From an uncultured archaeon (GTDB lineage Archaea > Altiarchaeota > Altiarchaeia > JAFGQM01), in contig CAZQBY010000015.1 of assembly GCA_964592405.1 (NCBI GenBank), positions 1-29,112 of the forward strand: a stretch of DNA of 29,112 nucleotides, given 5' to 3'. This document shows, piece by piece, positions 26,630 through 29,112 of the stretch. The position numbers were made by a program, and so were the translations under genes. The notes under the pieces were generated by a model, which was given only the letters and a program-made list of their open reading frames with translations, ran no database searches and had not been told where the DNA came from. Each line of letters opens with the position of its first letter. Positions within the stretch are counted from its first letter, which is position 1.

Positions 26630-27259
26630 ATGAAGAGGAGGAAGAAAAGGAAGGGGTGTAATACTGTCCCGGAGCCTGGAACACATGGCAGTAACATCAG
26701 GAAGCGGGGGGAAAGACTGCCATCTGTCAGTGAGATAAATCGCCTGGTTCGGAAGAGGGAGATCGAAGAGGAAACACTCATTCGCCTTAGGTTACTCAGA
26801 ATGCGGTCTGAGAGCGGTCATGCTTATGAGCATATGCGTCACATGTTGGAGATGGGGGACGTAAGAGAGAAGTCCAGAAGAGAGGCTGAGAAATGGAAGA
26901 GGGACATCTCCCGGACTGAAAAGGGATTGAAGAGGGATATTCGGAACTTGGATGAGGAGACCTCAGAGGATATAAAAATACTGGAAAAATCCCAACTGCC
27001 AATCTCCGAAGAACTAAAGAGGCTTAAGAGGATAAGGGCTCTCCTCGCTGAGGAAGAACGACGAATAGAACAGATGGAGAAGGGAATTCTGCCCGGAAAT
27101 GGCAAGAAAACCATCTCTCTGAACAGACAACAAAGGGCTTGGTTAAATAGCAGAAAGGCCCTTATAGATGGACAGATAAAGAAGATCGACACGTTTTTGA
27201 AGAGGATACAACGCACAAAAAAAGTACGGCCGGGGAAGAAGGGTGGCAAGAGGACTTAG
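26630..27259 (+). CDS. Hypothetical highly charged coiled-coil protein
   Basis: 209-aa ORF filling the gap between the R15P isomerase gene and purB; rich in K/R/E with basic termini; no recognisable motif. Confidence 0.6.
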   Translation: MKRRKKRKGCNTVPEPGTHGSNIRKRGERLPSVSEINRLVRKREIEEETLIRLRLLRMRSESGHAYEHMRHMLEMGDVREKSRREAEKWKRDISRTEKGLKRDIRNLDEETSEDIKILEKSQLPISEELKRLKRIRALLAEEERRIEQMEKGILPGNGKKTISLNRQQRAWLNSRKALIDGQIKKIDTFLKRIQRTKKVRPGKKGGKRT

Positions 27260-27356
27260 GTGCCAACTCGGACGCCAGAGGTTTGGTGCATTGAAATGCC
27301 CTTGGTCCACTTTTAAGTCCGTTCACCTTCTAATTATAATGCGGGAAGAGGCTAAA

Positions 27357-28697
27357 ATGGCCATACATCCAATAGACGGGCGCTATGGGCGCAGGGAAGT
27401 GAAGGCAATTTTTGACGAGGAGAACAAACTCCAGCGACTGCTGGATGTTGAATGTGCACTCGTCCAAGCGCATGCAACAGTCGGAGACATTCCAAAGTCA
27501 GCCGCCGAAGAGGTCAAAAGGAAGTGTTCCACAAAATACGTAAGGGTTGACCGGGTGAAGGAAATTGAGGCCGAGATAAACCACGACTTAATGGCCATGG
27601 TCAAGGCCTATTCCGAGCAGTGTGAAGGGGATGCCGGGAAGTATATACACCTAGGAGCAACTTCTGCAGACATCACAGATACTGCCCTTGCACTTCAGCT
27701 AAAGGATTTCATCAAATTCTTGGAACAGGATTTATATGATTTGAGGAAAACCCTCGTTAAGCTTGCAGACAGGCACAAGAGAACTGTGTGCATCGGCCGG
27801 ACTCATGCCCAGCATGCAGTGCCAACCACATACGGCCTAAAATTTGCGATATGGGCAGAAGAAGTACAGCGCCATATTGATCGTCTCAAAGAATGCAAGC
27901 CGCGCATACTTGTAGGACAGATGACCGGCGCTGTAGGGACACAGGCTGCCCTTGGGCCGAAGGCCATGAAGATACAGGAGCTTGTTATGAAATATCTGGG
28001 TCTTGGTTCAGTGAATGTCTCCAATCAGGTAATACAGCGGGATCGCCACGCAGAGTTCCTGCTCAACCTAGCACTTATTGGTGAAACACTTAATAAAATA
28101 AATACGGAAATACGTAACCTACAGCGCACTGAAATTGATGAAGTGGCTGAGGGTTTCAGGAAGGGGAAGCAGGTCGGCTCATCCACCATGCCACACAAAA
28201 GAAATCCTATACTATGCGAACGCATCTGCGGGCTGAGCAGGATAATCAGGGCAGATGCCTTGGCAGCGCTGGACAACATAACCCTGTGGCATGAAAGGGA
28301 TCTAACCAATTCCGCACCGGAAAGGATAATCATACCAGAGGCATGCATACTCATTGACTACATGCTTATCAAGAGTATTGATGTTCTGAAACATCTTGAG
28401 TTCAAGCCTGATAATATAAAGAGAAACCTAGGACTCACCAAGGGTTTGATAATGGCTGAGAAGATAATGATAGCTTTGGTAGAGAAGGGTATGGGCAGAC
28501 AGGAAGCCCATGAGCTGGTCAGGAGAAACGCCATGAAGGTGTATGAGAGCGGCAGAATGTTCATTCAAGTTTTGGAAGAAGATCCGGAGGTTATGAAACA
28601 CCTCTCTCAAAAAGAGCTTGAGGAGATAATGGATCCAGAGAGATATATTGGGACAGCGATTGAACAGGTTGAAAGGGTTGTCAAAAGGTTGGGCTAG
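27357..28697 (+). CDS. purB: Adenylosuccinate lyase
   Basis: HPIDGRYG, HLGATS, GRTHAQHA, GSSTMPHKRNP and WHERDLTNS motifs; start at ATG 27357 (alternatively 27339). Confidence 0.96.
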   Translation: MAIHPIDGRYGRREVKAIFDEENKLQRLLDVECALVQAHATVGDIPKSAAEEVKRKCSTKYVRVDRVKEIEAEINHDLMAMVKAYSEQCEGDAGKYIHLGATSADITDTALALQLKDFIKFLEQDLYDLRKTLVKLADRHKRTVCIGRTHAQHAVPTTYGLKFAIWAEEVQRHIDRLKECKPRILVGQMTGAVGTQAALGPKAMKIQELVMKYLGLGSVNVSNQVIQRDRHAEFLLNLALIGETLNKINTEIRNLQRTEIDEVAEGFRKGKQVGSSTMPHKRNPILCERICGLSRIIRADALAALDNITLWHERDLTNSAPERIIIPEACILIDYMLIKSIDVLKHLEFKPDNIKRNLGLTKGLIMAEKIMIALVEKGMGRQEAHELVRRNAMKVYESGRMFIQVLEEDPEVMKHLSQKELEEIMDPERYIGTAIEQVERVVKRLG

Positions 28698-28792
28698 TTT
28701 TGATTCTTTGGTTCTATTGTCTATTGTTTGTTGTTGGATTTGTGCATTGGATTTTTTATTACAGTTGAGATAATTTACACTCTTGGGTGACC

Positions 28793-29041
28793 ATGGAACA
28801 CAATATAGAGGTAATTGTGAAGCTGAAAAAAGGACTGCTGAATCCAGAAGCCAAAACAATAGAACGGAGCCTGAACCTGCTGGGCTACAAGAACGTCTCC
28901 CAGTTTGACACCAAGCGCATCTTCCTTATGAAGGTGAATGCGCCCTCCGCGGAGGATGCGAAGAAGCAGGCAGATGAGATGTGCAGACGAATCCTAGTCA
29001 ACCCAGTCATCGAGGACTATGAGATAACCGTAAATAGGTGA
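28793..29041 (+). CDS. purS: Phosphoribosylformylglycinamidine synthase subunit PurS
   Basis: LKKGLLNPEAKTI and MCRRILVNPVIEDY motifs; followed by the purQ start. Confidence 0.92.
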   Translation: MEHNIEVIVKLKKGLLNPEAKTIERSLNLLGYKNVSQFDTKRIFLMKVNAPSAEDAKKQADEMCRRILVNPVIEDYEITVNR

Positions 29042-29057
29042 GAGACACTTTCAGCAG

Positions 29058-29112
29058 ATGATTGGTGTGTTACAGTTTCCCGGAAGCAACTGCGACGACC
29101 TTTTTAGAAAAG
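29058..29112 (+). CDS. purQ: Phosphoribosylformylglycinamidine synthase subunit PurQ (5' fragment, truncated by the window edge)
   Basis: Hand translation MIGVLQFPGSNCDDLFRK contains the PurQ FPGSNCD motif, directly after purS. Confidence 0.85.
   Translation, partial: MIGVLQFPGSNCDDLFRK

Noticed and set aside
3646-28697. Long N-terminal extensions in track ORFs (aminotransferase, topA, antiporter, rbcL, purB)
   Set aside because: They overlap neighbouring genes or promoters; downstream ATGs match the family N-termini.
430-28859. Many antisense or alternate-frame ORFs in the track (e.g. 9539-10192, 14496-15152, 2415-2930, 28428-28859)
   Set aside because: They shadow well-supported genes and show no recognisable motifs.

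Overview
Archaeal chromosomal segment, gene-dense and mostly housekeeping or metabolic. Archaeal markers include aRF1, archaeal TyrRS, Taw3/Trm5, Lhr plus metallophosphoesterase, and form III RuBisCO. The compact aRF1, the Cys-rich CxDSDGG surface protein and the RuBisCO/AMP pathway suggest a DPANN-like lineage (inference only). Gene order: attC-like palindrome at the left edge; lhr, MPE, aminotransferase, Lrp, topA (-); taw3, trm5-like, membrane protein, tyrS (+); Cas4/AddB-like nuclease, Cys-rich protein, csp (-); YkuD L,D-transpeptidase-like gene, purM, class V aminotransferase, FKBP (+); nucleotidyltransferase plus a 40-aa partner missing from the ORF track (-); mtaB with an in-frame duplicated, palindromic insert (+); aRF1 with a long structured leader, Ca/Na antiporter (-); DUF389 protein (+); a five-gene operon R15P isomerase, HTH protein, PIN nuclease, RuBisCO, AMP phosphorylase (-); coiled-coil ORF, purB, purS, partial purQ (+). 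Best candidates for new biology: (1) a PIN-nuclease/HTH pair translationally coupled inside the RuBisCO nucleotide-salvage operon; (2) a hairpin leader upstream of aRF1 with a 4-codon uORF whose readthrough frame ends exactly on the aRF1 start codon, a possible release-factor autoregulation circuit; (3) an intact YkuD transpeptidase domain in an archaeon; (4) an attC-like site; (5) a coding palindromic insertion in mtaB. No tRNA, rRNA, CRISPR array, transposase or integrase was seen. All calls come from motif reading, with no database searches.
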